A stretch of 63,493 nt of DNA, counting the filler, from Atractiella rhizophila (Eukaryota), in assembly GCA_021432655.1 (NCBI GenBank). It is 4 parts of 4 records of this genome, joined end to end, with 100 filler letters (N's around TTAATTAATTAA, not from the genome) between each part and the next. Parts side by side here need not be neighbours in the genome. Positions count along the whole stretch, not along the records: positions 31,835 to 47,641 come from MU271927.1; positions 47,742 to 63,493 come from MU271929.1; 2 more parts are not named here. The stretch is one strand, 5' to 3'. This document shows, piece by piece, positions 38,932 to 54,724 of this stretch. The notes beneath the pieces are model-generated. The model was given only the letters and a program-made list of their open reading frames with translations. It made no database searches and was not told where the DNA came from. The position numbers and the translations under genes are program-made. Within the stretch, counting starts at the first letter, position 1. Each line of letters opens with the position of its first letter.

Positions 38932-40343
38932 GTCTATAGACTACAGTAGTTGGTTGGTGAGCTGGGAAGGGAACGATAAGAATAATAAAGAAGAACGAAG
39001 AAAAAAGGAAGCGACATGGCGTTGGTTTTATTGGGAAACATCGTTCTCGCTCCGGAGGGAACGGAACAACGTTCGAACAACAACCCAGGATCCCCGGCCG
39101 CTTCCTCCCGATGTGTGAAAGGACCGCCCGAACCGTTTCAGCTCGGCAGAGACACGCGTCAACGGGCAATGACAGCGATATGCCGTAAGGCTTACACTGT
39201 TGCTTCCTCACCTATTGCCTACCTTCTAGCTCTCCAGCTTCACCAGCTTCACAAAGGGTGGTTGCAACTTGCAAATGCTTTGACCAAGGACCAACGTCAA
39301 GTTCTCCACGACAGCACTCTAAGTTGTCCTGTTCTCTAAACACATGCCGCGGGTCATCATGATGCAGCAGTTGTGAAACCTGCTCAGGACCTGAGAAGGG
39401 ATATTCGGAGACGCCGGCTGGTGTAGCTGGAGAGTGCGGCCAACAATCCAGTTCGGCCTCAAACTTTTCACAAGACCGATGTGGAAGATTGTCAGCATGA
39501 CACACTTTGCAGGAAGTCCGACGCCGAAAGAACGCGTTTATAAACACGGACGGGCCAATCTGATGAACTCTGTGATGAACTCTGGGATGGACTTGGGGAA
39601 TTGATGCATATGACACTTATTGGACTATCGGCGCTGAGATGAGGAAGGAAGAGCTGGTGAATGAAGCGGATTCTCATCGATGTCAGGATATCCAGGTATG
39701 GGCTTGTTAACTCCTTGCAGATCTCCAGTCCCCTGCGGCTGCCTGAAATGAGCAGGAAGCGCTCAACTCCTTGATCAATTCAGTCACAAACCGGAAGTGA
39801 ACCTCGCAGCACCAGCAGACGATGAGGAGGCGATTTCGCTAGCCAAGTCCCTAAATTCGCGAATTCGATGCAAGGTATCCGCGTGGATAAGCAGGATACA
39901 ATCGAAGGAGTGCATGTGCAGTCCTGAGCAAACTTCCTTGTGTGTATGAAGCCCTTCCTTGGATAATGGTATTGCAACTTGTATGCCTCCAGCGTTTAGT
40001 CGTTTGACCAATAGACAAAGAGTTGCCAATAGGCTGTAGGTTGCGGTAGGTGCGACAGCGTAAGGAATCTCCCAACTTGGCCGTGAGAGGTTAGGTTAGA
40101 ACATTGGAAGGCTACAGGGGAGCGGAAGGAGCAGAGACCGGAACATCAACCAGAATATTGATGAGGACGGCGTTGTTATTGTAGTAATTCGTTACGCCAC
40201 GTGAACTGACAACTCGCGCACTATTACCAGCTTTGTCAAGTTTTCAGCAAAGCAGTAGCATATAACTATGCTAAATATGTATATGTAGTTACAGATGTTA
40301 GTTCCTTGCATCCAAATTCCACGGTCAAGAACATCAGCCGTCC

Positions 40344-41711
40344 TCACCAAAAGGTACTAATGTATGCGAAATTGAACTCACTTATCGAACCTCCTTGGTC
40401 CAAATACTCGTTCAACTTTTTCACCTGTTCGGAACGACTCGGAATTCTACTCAACGTGAAGTCACAAACAGTCCAATGCCTTGACTCCTTCAAATCCTTC
40501 TCTAAAGCATCCAAGGAAGCCATCCACTCTTTTCGTATGGGCCTGTTCTCAAAGAAATTATCATCCACCTGCACATTAAACTTGAAAATTTCCAATGACA
40601 AAAGTTTGTTCTGTTGCAAGAAAACTTGTCGGATAGTTTGGGGCGTTACCGCGACTTTATTGAGGTCTAGGTGCATTTGCAGTTTCTTCAGAGATGTAGG
40701 TAAAATGTGGAAAATATTCTGATCCCACCCCAATCCTCGAAGATCGAGATCTTGTAAATTCGAAAATAACGATAGAAGGTCGTGCACTGGCAAACATTGA
40801 GTGGGCGGACGTTCCGTGGCATCAAAATCAAAATCAAAATCTTTCGTAGTGAGATCAAGGCTTAATTTCTGAACGTGTACCAACTGAGGACTGGAGTCCA
40901 CCAAACTATGGATGTCTTCGTCAATATACACGGTGGTTTCGACTTTGAGAAATTTGAGGTCGGGCATGCAAGGTAGTAGGCTGGAGAACACGAGTGGATG
41001 CGGTGAGTTGCACCATCCTTTCCCGTAATAAAAGCGGTCGAGATGGACCCTCGGGAGGCAGCCAGGAGTTGGATTGCCTGTGAGTGGTAAGGAGCAGATC
41101 TCCAGGTACTGTAGACGTTTGCAAATTTGAAGAAAGTCTAGAAGGTCTTGCAATTCCACTTTATGGGCACCGAACCCAAAGAAACGAAGCGATGTGAGGT
41201 CAAGGGAGGAAAGGAGGTTCAGAACCGAAACCTGACACCTTTTGAAGGGATCCCCGACTAATTCGATTTTTCGCAACCTTGGAAATATCGTCGAATTCGC
41301 AAAGGCCTGCAGTTGCTCCAGCACTGGGAAATCGATTACTTCTGGGCCAAGATCCGGATCGGATAGCTGCCACAACATCCCCGAGCTTCTCACAGTGTAA
41401 CACCACGTAGGCGATAAGCGGAGGGAGCCCAGAGTATGTCTCGCATGCCTTCAAAAATGTCAGGATGGATGGCATCCTAAGATCAGATTCTGCAACAGGA
41501 TACAAATTGAGCTTTCGAAAATACTGTCTTCGCACCTCCGGCATCCATAGTTTGCACCTGGAAGTATCTGAATACCTGATGTGAGAGGAATTTAAACGCA
41601 CACTAGGGAGCACGAAAGATATTGTCGATTGAGGGGTGGGTATGGGATGACCATGAGAGAATGCACACATCCTAAAATCTGATGGATAATCTCAAGCGGT
41701 AGGGAAGCCAT
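40344..41711 (-). CDS. F-box-like protein with RNI/LRR-like repeats
   Basis: Start MASLPLEIIHQIL..LSCSLV|CKLW; downstream LxxLxL repeats (LFSNLQDLDL, LPTSLKKLQM). Confidence 0.7.
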
Positions 41712-42773
41712 GTTTGAGTACTATCACGGAAGTCAGTAATATTTATTGAAGTAAAGCCAGAAGACTTGCAATTCTGCTGCAGATCAATAAATGGCAGCTT
41801 ATGACACTCGGGATGGTACAAGCAATCAAGCACCACCTAGGTGAATGAAGTTGAGCGAAATCAATCATTTCGAAGCAAGATTCATCGATGAACCCTGAAC
41901 CATCTGCTGCATGGTAGAGGATAGATCCAAGCTTACAAACTCTTCAGGGAAAAACAACCTTAACACGCGTAAACATGCCCCAGTTATAAAGCTCAAGCAC
42001 GAAGCCTGAGATGATAGATGATAGCTCTCACAGAACTAGAAGCTGGAGGTAATCGCGGGCACTCAAAAAGCATGGGATCAAAAGTAGCAGATAGGGTCTT
42101 CTTTGACCTGCGTTTGGGAAAGCAATCTTTCTATAACCTGGATAATCGAGAGTGCAGGTTTGGATCTTCTCCCTTTCTAAGGAGTGGATTCAGGAGCTCC
42201 GTGAGAAACGTGGATGCGTACCTTTTATGGAATAAGCGGCAACTACTAAGAGGGAGCAGGCGGGACCCCGTACACTAGCAGGCAGACTGGCAGGGATGGC
42301 AGGGATATCTCATCAAAATGAGCATTCAAGTTGTGAATCATACTTCCGCAATCTCTTTGTTTGGCAACACCTCTGTTTTATCTTATTCTTATTCACAAGT
42401 CTCGGGTGTGCACCAATTAATTCTCAGCGATGAGCAATATCGCAATTAAACCCTAGTCTAGCGTGCCACAGCAACGAAGAGACCCAGTGCTGTCAAATGT
42501 TTGAGTCGGAAGGATGTAGATTGCATTTGATGCGGGTGTTGATATTTGATGCGAAAACTGAAGCCGGAGGCAGTCTGGCACTTCTAGAAAAATATATTGA
42601 ACGGGTAAAGTCACAGAACCAAAGAAGCCAAGGGGTACCGTCGATCCACTCGTCAAATCGTTTAACAAAAAATGCAAGTACTGCCAAATGATGAGTTTTG
42701 CTCTCCGTTCAAGGATGTGAGGTCGGAATGGGGATAATGATACAAACGTGAGAGCGACCATTGATGCAATGCT

Positions 42774-45700
42774 CTAGTGGCGACGACCAGGTTTGTCTCG
42801 TCTGGAGTGACTGGCCATTTCGAGAACCTGTTGATACGCCTTTTCCAAATTTTCTTCCGAACCAATCAATGCCTAATGACGTTTTCAGTATTGTGAAATC
42901 AAGGTTGAAAAGAGATAACAGACCATGGTATTACTATTCCTGTTTCCAACTACGTCCAATTGGACGTCATTACTTGCTCTCAACTTGTCCAAACCGCTCC
43001 TGAGTTTTGACGCAACAGATTAATGACAACCTTATCCAAATAACCGAGGATACTCACCCTCCTTTACCAATTATCAAGCCCATGTAATTAGGAGGAACAA
43101 CCAGATGACCAATGTGGCTATCCTTCTTCGCCTTTTCAATAGATTCCTCGATCAATTTTTCAGTCTTAGCTATCAAAGCTTCATCCGAAGACTGAATGAT
43201 CCAAGCAACGTTCGTCGTCGTCGCTCCATCATCAAGAGGAGAAACGCTCCATTCAAAGCCCGCCAATTGGCCCTCCTCTTCGTCCTCCTCGTCCTGATCG
43301 ATTCGTGCTGCAGTGGCTGCCGCCGTCGATGACCCGTTCGACTTCGCTGGAGGTTTGTGTTGAGGGGGAGGAGGTACAGCACCGCCGTGGTCGATCTTCA
43401 CCCCAGACCTGTTTTCGCTTTTAGCGGTGTGCAACATTTGCAAAGAAAGTAGCGAACGGAACGATGTCGCGGAAGAACTTCTGCCTGATTCGGTGATGGT
43501 ACTGCAAAGGTACCTGAATGGTCTTGGAATGGGCATTTCTGTTGTGTTGAGGTTTCGCTTTGGACTGTAGATAATTCATCAATGACTGAAGCCGGCACAA
43601 TGGGTCCCGACGTACCTTGATTTCCTGGGCTACAGCCTCACAAGCAGCTCTTGCACCCACAATCTTGATCAACTCATTCTCATCCACGGTGCCAAGCTCC
43701 TCCTTGTTAACGACTTCCCCAACGCTCTCGTGGGTCTTCCATCCAGGCATGACAATGTTGACACTATGCTTCTTTTGAAGTTCTTGAAGACCTGCACCAC
43801 CTCTGCCAATAAGACCTGGGTGTGCCTGTCTGGGCAGGGTGACGCCAAAGATAACACGGTTCTTAAAAGCTTCAATTTCTTTTTCGATCTCGACCTTGAT
43901 CTTCTCAATCAACACCGTCTTTCCTCTGAGGGTCGTGATAGGATTAGCGTCTCCAGGTCGCGGGAATCGGACGAGAGCGTTTTGGGCTTTTGAATCTTCG
44001 GGGCCTCCACAGCGGATGATGAGATCGCGCAGATTTTGTCCACGAGCTCCAATGAGAGAAGGTTGTAGTGCACGATCGATCGTCAGCTCGATGGTCGACT
44101 CTCCTTCCACTTCTTTCGAAATGGCTTGAATCAACTCTTTCGCTTTCGAGACTGCCGTTTTCGTTCCGCGAACGGTGATTCTCGAGACTTCTGCATTTTC
44201 TGGTACCTTGTCGACGTCAATGATGGCGCCCGTCTCATCCTTGATTTCCTGGACTATTGATACCAACTCAATTGTAGCTCTAGCCAAATAACTGTTGCCT
44301 TACTGTTAGCTCCAGCACGTCCCAGAATTCTAGGGATAGCCTTGTTAGAAACCGTGAAGCTGGCAGAGTGCCTCTGCTCCTTCTCATATTCAATGAGATC
44401 GACCAACTATGCCCCATCACAACTGAGCACTCAGGCTACTGGCAGGAACAAAAGTGTACCTCCTTCTTAGCGCTCTCCGCCCCCTTCTTCGGACCACGGA
44501 TGACGATCTCATTCGCCTGTCCTTTCTCCTCACCTTCCTCACCCTCTTTCGAAGGGAAGTTGATTCGGACTTCATAAGTCGTCTCAAGACGCTTGAGCAA
44601 CATTCCTCCCTTCCCAATCAACGATCCGCGCTCGATGTTTGCCTCAGGCGGTGGCATCGGGATAGAAAGGGTAACCTCATCAGCCTGTCCGCAACCGCAA
44701 TTTAAGACCCGACATCAACAACCGACGCACCCCTCCCACAAATGGGATAAAAACGTACCATCCGCTCGACGAGAGATAGGATCCTCTTCTTCGCCACCTC
44801 CACATTCTCCTTCCTCCCCTTAATCAACACCTCAGCCTTGGGTTTCCTCTTCCTCTTCTCACCCTCCGTCGCCGCCACATCCGTAAAGTCGATTCTCACC
44901 GCCAAATCCTCTTTCAGCTTGTTGACGGTCGCTCCGGCCTTCCCAACGACGTGAGGGACGAACTTGGCGTCGATTTCAAAGGACTGAGTCTGAAACACCG
45001 CACACTCTCTCAGTATACTCATCCAACAAACCAAAGGAGGGAAAGGATACGAACGTAGGAATTGACGGCTTGGTTCTCCTTCTCATCCGCGGCAGCCTTG
45101 AGAATGGCTTCCTTGACGCGTGCGACATCAGCAGGCTTTCCACGGATGGAGACTTGGTCTTCTTTCAAGCTGTCCTTGTCCGCTTGACCGGTGGAGGGGA
45201 ACTTGACGATGACCGTCTTCTCCTCTCCGATAATCACGTTCACTACACAAGATCAAAGGTTAGATAAGGAAGGAACAGAAGGTGGTGGGAACGCACAGTT
45301 GGCACCACCAGGACCGATGATGGCCTTGTGCAGTTTATTAGGCACAGTGATGATCTCGCTCTTGATATCCGCCTCCTTCTTCGCTTGCTCCACCAACTCA
45401 GCCTTCACGTCCGCCAACGCCTCCTCCGCCTTTCCGTCACCAGTATAAACCAAGAGGACCTCGGATTCGTCTCCTCCCTTATCCTTCTCCGAAGGGAACA
45501 AGACCTCGACACCCTTCTTCTCCTGGAAGGTTCGGACGCGGGAGCCACCTTTGCCGATGATATGTTTATGAACCAGAGGATCGATGGAGACGGTAGCGAA
45601 GTGAGCAGGCGACAGGGACTTGGTAAGAGCCACGACATCGGCACGAGCAGCGTCGAGAGCGCCCTGATTCTTGGAGACGATCTCGACGACCGCGCTGACG

Positions 45701-47495
45701 GGGGACGCGTAAATCTGGACGGAATGCTTCTCCTGGATCGCTCTCAACTTGTTCTTCGCCCGCACATACTTGATCCAATGCGTCTTCCACTCTCCTCCCT
45801 TCCCTTCCAGATCCACCACATCCACCAACGTCGCATTCGCCTTCTCCATCACCTTCTGCAGACCGGTCGGCAAAGCTTCCTGCGGTCCACGGATGGTGAC
45901 ATTCATCGACGGGTCGTCCTGAGGCGGCACTTGGATCGTGCATCCCGTTTCCTTGAGGATTTCTTCGCCTGCAGCGCCGATGAGGAAGCGATGTTGCCTC
46001 TTCTGGATGGCAAAGTTGAGGGTGGTGGTCTTGCGTTTCAACGTGTCATAGTCCTCCTTGAGCGCCTCCACCACCCTCGCCACCTTCGTCTTCTCCCCAC
46101 TAACCACGATCGCCGTCTCCCTCCCACCAGCAGGAGCCGCTCCGTCCTCCCCAGCAGCAGCAGCAGCATCAACGGTATTCCATTTCCCCGACAAGAGCGC
46201 TCTCCAATCCGGCACATCCACTCTCACCTCCTCGCTTCCGCCCTCTTCCTCCTTAAACAACCTCGTCAACCTCTCGCCCATGTCCCGCTTCAAGAAAGGA
46301 TAAAACTCGACGGGGATGTCCGTCACCCTCTCCGTCCCCTTCGAGTTTCGCTCAGCCACGATGGCGTTGATCCGCTCCCGAGCGGTCGTCACCCCTTCCA
46401 CGTCCCCCGCGATCGTGATCGTGATCGTCATGTCCTCGGGAAGGTCCGTGCCGGTGGGGCGAGGGGGAATGTCGATGCGCGCGCCCGTGCTGTCGGTGAT
46501 GGATTTCAGAGTACGTCCTTTGAGACCGATGATGTGGGAGAGGTTGGCGAGAGGCACGGGCAGCTGGACCGTTATCTGGTCGCCGGGTTATTAGCTTTAG
46601 TCCAACAGACAGCAGCTTCCACATTCAAAATAGGGAGAGTTTTCGGTGTATGGCAAATTTTCACACTCATTCTTCCTCCGTACAGACACTGGTGACGAAA
46701 TGCCATCCAGCATAAAACCATGCCTCCACTAAACCGCTAATAAAGATCAAAAAGACTCACCTTCTTCGTGACCCTAGCCACCAACTCCTTCCTCGCTCTC
46801 ACGACCGCTCCCTCCGTTTTACCCTTAATAGCGAACGTAGTCAACCCGGAGCTCTGACTTCTCGAAGATTCGATCTGAACAGTTCCATTAGACATCTTGA
46901 TGATGAGTTTCATGACCTCTCCCAGCGTCTTCGGTTCCTCTTCCCTCCTCCCACCGCCTCTTCCCCCTCCCGACTGATGGAGCGGCTTGACTTCGATGCT
47001 ATTCGTCGACAGCGCGAACGTCTGCGTAAACGGATAAGAAGCGGCTGTATGGAACGATCCAGCACGTATAGCAGGTCCCCAAGCCGGCGCTGCACCCGTT
47101 CCCGTGGGCGTGGTGGCAGTAGCGGTCGCGGGTTCGGGGGTCAACGGTCTCGATGATCCAGGGGTGGCGCTGGCGGCTTTTGGTGGGGCGAGCGAGGAAA
47201 GGGAGGGAAACGCAGCCTCGTCCTCCACGTTCGGAAGCCTGGGCGTCCCCTGTCCCTGTGTTCCGCTCGCCGCGCCCTTGGAGGCTTTGGCGGACGCATC
47301 CTTGACCGGGAAGGGATCTTCCATCGCGTGGTGCGCCTGCAGGAGGGCGGCCGCGCTACCTGCTGCAGTGGTGCTGGTGCTGGGGCTCGTGCTGGAGGAG
47401 GACCCGATGGCGCCGTAGCTTCCGTTGGTGTGTGAGGTGCCGTTGAGGGGCGACGTGGCACTGGCGCCGCTGAGGGAGGGGAAGTCGTCGGCCAT
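42774..47495 (-). CDS. SCP160: Vigilin / Scp160 multi-KH RNA-binding protein
   Basis: Many KH GxxG loops (IIGLKG, IIGKGG, IIGPGG, VVGKAG, LIGKGG, LIGARG, LIGRGG) and N-terminal FPSL motifs; stop at 42774. Confidence 0.95.
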
Positions 47496-47641
47496 CTGCT
47501 GTGTGTGTTTTTTGATGTGAACCGTGGCGTGTTACCGGCGATGATGCTCTGACCTGGCGAATGACACTGCTGCTGCTTGCTTGAAGTAGTCGTCGCTCAC
47601 TTTGCCCTTTTCTCTGTCCACTCATCATCTTGCATCATCTT

Positions 47642-47741
47642 NNNNNNNNNNNNNNNNNNNNNNNNNNNNNNNNNNNNNNNNNNNNTTAATTAATTAANNN
47701 NNNNNNNNNNNNNNNNNNNNNNNNNNNNNNNNNNNNNNNNN
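47642..47741. other. Artificial scaffold spacer
   Basis: 44N-TTAATTAATTAA-44N. Confidence 0.97.
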
Positions 47742-48520
47742 CTTCGGAGAGGAGGAAAGGGTGGAAAGGGGATGTTAGGAGTTTGTTGGTGCGTCCCGAG
47801 GATGCAAATAAGGAGGCGTCGGAGAGTGGGGAAGGGATTGAATCAGGATTAGAGAAGGGAGACCTCGAGGTGGTTGGGAAGCAAGTCGCCGATGCTTCTG
47901 GAGCATACAACCCCTACACCCTCAACCGACCTCTTCCTCCCCTTCCCGGAAACCGTTCTCTCACCCCTCTTCCATCCTTCCGTCCTCCCTTTTCACCGCG
48001 CACATCCCTCCCCTCCCTCTCCCACGTCGTCGTCTCCATCTTCAACCCCTCCATCATCGGCAACAAAACCGCCATGCCCGGCGTCCTCACCCTCCTCTCC
48101 GTCCTCACCGCCTCTCCCCCACGAGACATGACGCTCCTCCGGACAACGAGGAAGGTGAACACCTTCAAAATGCGCCAATTCCAAATCTGCGGCGCAAAAG
48201 TCTCTCTCCAAGGACCGCAAGCGTACGCCTTCCTGGAGACGCTCTTCGAAGTCGTCCTTCCGCGCTTGAAGACGTTTTCGGGACTCTTTTTGCCAGGAAC
48301 TACGAGGCCGACGGCGGAGAATATTGGCGGTCAGGTCAGCTTGGGGTTGGATAAGGAGACGGTGAAACTGTTTCCGCAGGTGGAAGCGAATGCGGATACC
48401 CTCGATACTTATGGTGTGACCATTAATGTGGTTTGTAATGGTGCGAGAGGTAGTAAGGGAGGAGACGCGGCTAGAGCATTGCTCAGTGGGTGGAGAGCAC
48501 CGTACATAAGGAGGACATGA
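47742..48520 (+). CDS. MRPL7: Mitochondrial ribosomal protein uL5m, 5'-truncated
   Basis: NPYTLNRP..GAKVSLQGPQAYAFLETLFEVVLPRLKTFSG..GQVSLGL..LFPQVEAN..ARALLSG. Confidence 0.85.
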
Positions 48521-49055
48521 TAGGTTCGTCTTTTTCTTGTCTGCAGATGGAGACGGGTTTAATTGGTCCGTATAGATTGGGAAAAAAGTAATTGGTTTTA
48601 TACTTAGTTAACAACTATTCTATCCATGAATCCTTGGACTTTCGTTCAAATTTGGGACGATTGAAGAAGAAGAGTTAATTTGCATGCACAATTTCTTTTC
48701 TCGTCCGAGTTCAATCATCACCCAGTCTTAACTCTTGCAGAAGTGACTAGCTCCTCGCCGCATGATTACATGGGTGCTAGAGTGAAGGTATTAGAGGTGA
48801 TAAAGAGTAGCTTATTAAGGTACTCCTTTCTTCACCCACTGGAATTGAGGCTTCCTCGTATGATCAAGGTCAATCACAAACACATACTTTATTACATTCC
48901 TTCCTGATTTTATGATCACAACATCTTGAGGACATCACGAAACAAACTCCAGGCCAAACGGAAGTCACAAATGACGTTCCCAGATTTCCTGCTACTTCTG
49001 CTGACGGACACTGCTGCAGCGAAAACGACAGGTAAACCAAAGCACACCAGATGAA

Positions 49056-50377
49056 TCAGACGCCAACCCTCTCCTCTCCCAAAATACTTTCCTTCCTCTC
49101 CACCACGCTTCCCCTCCTCATCACTTCCGTCGTCGTCTGCTCCAACTCGTCCTTATGGTCTACAACCGCCAACCTGCCGAAATCTTTTTCGATCACAGCT
49201 TCCTCTTTCAACCATTCGCACTGTAGAGCCTCTCGCGCTTGGGGCCGTTTTTCCATGTCGAACTCAAGAACGGCTTTGAGGAACTTTCTGCACTCTTCGC
49301 TCTTCTTTGGTGGATTGTAGAATCCGCGTCTTGCTTCCTGCACGAAGGCCTTCCCTTCGAGCTCCCAAAAAGGGAATCGACCTACGAGTCTGTTCACGCG
49401 AAATCAGCGAGTGATTGCATGGAAGAAATTGACGAACAGGATGTATGCTATGATTCCGCATGCCCAAACGTCGCAAGTTTCGTCATAACCAGTATCGGAG
49501 TATATTTCTGGAGAAGTATAACCTGGTGAACCACGAGGAGGGCCTGTGATGAGTTCTTCGGCATTATGTAGGCGAAACTTTGTTCGAGCCACTATTCGCT
49601 TGCAACTGTCAACGGTCTGGTATCAAGTGAAAGAAGTAGCACCACCTCCAAAATCTGCCAACATCAAGTGATACTTGGTCCTTCCTGATGACTCTGAGGT
49701 AGAAGGCGGGCTCTTCAAGAAGATATTCTCAGGCTTGATATCTCTATGGACGATGTGAAGCGAGTGGACGTGTGCAACCGCATCCTTAACGAATTCTGTA
49801 TCACCAAATCGTTCGATGAAGACGAGGAGGGAACACACAAGGAGATCCCGGATCATGTATCTCACTTCCCATTCCTCGAAAGACTTCCTCTTCTCGATCT
49901 CATCATACAGCTCTCCCCCCACCGCAGGCTCGAACGCCATCCAAAACTGTTTCTCCGTCTCAAACCAATCATGTAACTCGACTGACACCCATGAGACAAA
50001 CATCAGCACTCCGATTTCACAGCGGAGAGGGGAGGGTAGGCCGACAGACCGACGTGGGGGTGTTTGATCAACTTGATCGCATCCATGATATCCCGCTGAA
50101 CATGCTTCGAGGATACCTTCTCCTTGTCCACAACCTTGAGAGCGACTTTCTTCGACGTAGGCGTGGATGGTCTGCTCCCTTTTGGGGTTGTAGGAGAGCT
50201 GGCTGGGTTCCAAGTCACGAGTGAGACGCAACCGAAACTGCCTTGTCCTAGGAAGGTGCCAGGGAGCTCGAATTCGCCTTTCCGTGGGTGGTGATGATGG
50301 TGCGCGAAGGGAAGCCTCTTAGAAACACTCCTGAGCCACTCATTGCTCGATCGTAGAGGCATGGAGAGAGTTACCAT
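49056..50377 (-). CDS. Ca2+/calmodulin-dependent (CAMK-group) Ser/Thr kinase
   Basis: LGQGSFG, VALK, GGELYD, HRDIKPEN, LADFG, GSPGYTSPE and CDVWACG. Confidence 0.9.
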
Positions 50378-50760
50378 TGTTGTTTGAGCGCGAATAGTGC
50401 GAACTAGATCATTTCCCTGTCCCGTTTATAAATGAAAATCAGCGAACAAAACGAGACACAAACTTGAATAGAGAGGTGGCGTGTCCCTAGGAAAAGTAGC
50501 CTACAGAGAAGGCGGGAGATGTTCTCCAGTGGTCGTTCGAGAACGGCAACACTCAGCCAATTAAAAAGGCGGTTTCCGCGGGAGGAGCGAACGGAAGCGG
50601 GGACGGGAAGTGTTGACGTTAGTCTGAACCTTAGTGCCGGCAAGCAATTCGCTTGTGGTCGAAAGCGTTTTCAACGACGACTTTAGGTGATTTTCTGCCC
50701 GCTGTCCTGCAGAATCAGGCTCACTTTTGTGCGCAGAATTGTCCACAAGCACGTAACACG

Positions 50761-52030
50761 ATGAGACCGTCAGCTCCTTCTTTTCTTCGCGTTCTGGTAC
50801 CTGTAAAGCGGTATGCCTCCCTTCCTTTTCGTTAGAGCATCCCTTTAACTCTGAACGGGATAGGACAATCGATTACGCCGTGTATGATATATTAAAGAAC
50901 ACTCAAATGTTTATTTAACTAGTTTGCAGGAAAATTCGGGTGAATAAAGAACTGACTGGCGTTGAAACGGAAGGGGTGAAACATTCTATTGTGCGTTTCC
51001 GCTCCTTTCTACTTTGACGCGAGAAGGCTGACTCTAACGTGTTCCCCAGAATCCTTTTGACGAGATAGGTATGTCACTTTCTCGCGAATTTTAAAAGAGA
51101 ATCATGAACCTGCTTCGGTTTACAGCTGTGGAAGAGTCCTTACGGCTTCGAGAGCGCCACCCTAAATTGATTACGAACATCACAGCTCTGACCATTGGAC
51201 CTGCCAAAGCCACCGACGTACTACGTCACTCTCTCGCTCTGGGAGTGGATTCAGCTATCCATGTAGTGACACCCACAGCCAACGTTTCTCCTCTCATAGT
51301 GTCGCGCGTCCTCTCCTCCCTCCTCTCAAACCCATCGCTGGCGAAAGAAGAGGAGAAATGGGACCTCGTCATCCTCGGCAAACAGGCTATCGATGACGAT
51401 TCGGGTGCCGTCGGTGGATTGCTGGGAGGAAAACTCGACTGGCCAATTGCCAACTTCATCTCGAGCATCAAGCTGAGCGAGGATGGAAAGGAGGCGGAGT
51501 GCAGCAGGGAAATTGATGGCGGGCTTGAGCGGATGAAGTTCAACTTGCCCGGAATCGTGTCCACTGACCTGAGGCTGAACGAACCAAGATTTGCAAAGTG
51601 AGTTCTCCCATATAAGGTGACCCGTGCTCATAAGAATGGCACAGGCTCCAGAATATCATGGTCAGTAGTTGACTCCTCTCAAAGGTTAATGAGATAACAA
51701 GTCCCGCTTCTCTCTATTCCAACCGCCAACCGTTATAGAAAGCGAGTGTCCCCTCCGTCTTCACGGGGTCGCAGTAGCTGACTAGTGGACTGCAGGCGAA
51801 GAAGAAGCCCGTCCTCTCGCTAGACATTTCCGAATTGGGAATCGAGACTGAGTCCCGTCTGAAGATGACCAAAGTTGCTCCTCCTCCGGAGAGAAAAGGT
51901 GGTGAGAAGGTGCGCTTTCCGTACCGTCGTTCGTCTGACAAATGCAATGCTTACCTGGTCTCGTGGCAAGGTTGAGGATGTAGATGCTGTGATTGCTGCT
52001 TTGAAGGAGAAGGGTATTCTTGCCCAATGA
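50761..52030 (+). CDS. CIR1: Electron transfer flavoprotein beta subunit
   Basis: RVLVPVKRTIDYAVKIRV, NPFDEIAVEE, LGKQAIDDD, REIDGG, DLRLNEPRFA and NIM(K)AKKKP. Confidence 0.96.
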
Positions 52031-52209
52031 GCTCCGTCTTCGAATGTCGTGAAGCTGAGGCGCAGAGCATCATGCAATGGAAGCTCGAAAGTATAAATAT
52101 GATTACAACTTATTTTTGCGCACAACATCGCTCAGTCAAAGACTTATGAGATCACTGACATAACGATCTTGTCCATCACTCTGTTAGTCCGTCCAATCCT
52201 GGCAAGTAC

Positions 52210-54202
<1,993 letters not shown>

Positions 54203-54724
54203 TTAGCAAGTTACCCATACCGACTACCGTGCTGAGTTAGTCGAGAGAATTACTAGAAGGTGAAAGACGAGTCACAGACGTGACCACGTCGTACAACCAG
54301 GAAAGAAGACGCGGTAGACCGTAGGCGCACGTCAGTTCGACAGACAGGCATAGGGCATGGACACATCGAAAGCTCGTTAGGCACTAGTAACTAGTATTCT
54401 TAAGCTTCTACTCTCATAATAAAATCATAAGGTTCGTACGCCCTTCACCTGCCTTCACTGCTCACGCCCCTCCCAACGGGTTCAAAGCTGAGGTGTACCC
54501 AAACCTGAGCGGAGTTGTACCGGTTATTTGGGCTTTATAACGTCGGACTTTCGCTTAAACAGAACTTCGTGCGACGTTTCCTAGAACTAGTCGGCTTAGC
54601 TAGTAGTTTCGCAGTAAGGCAAACCGCGCCGATACCGATACCGCCTTTCTGATATTTAGGAGGAGTCCGAGGGAGGAAGGTCTTTGTTGAGGAGGAGCGC
54701 GAGCAGAAGAGAAAGCAACCAGAG

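Noticed and set aside
41290..41400. Apparent frameshift in the F-box gene
   Set aside because: Explained by a GTGAGA..AG intron.
45328..46695. 455-aa plus-strand ORF
   Set aside because: Antisense shadow of the GC-rich vigilin exon, with no recognisable domain.
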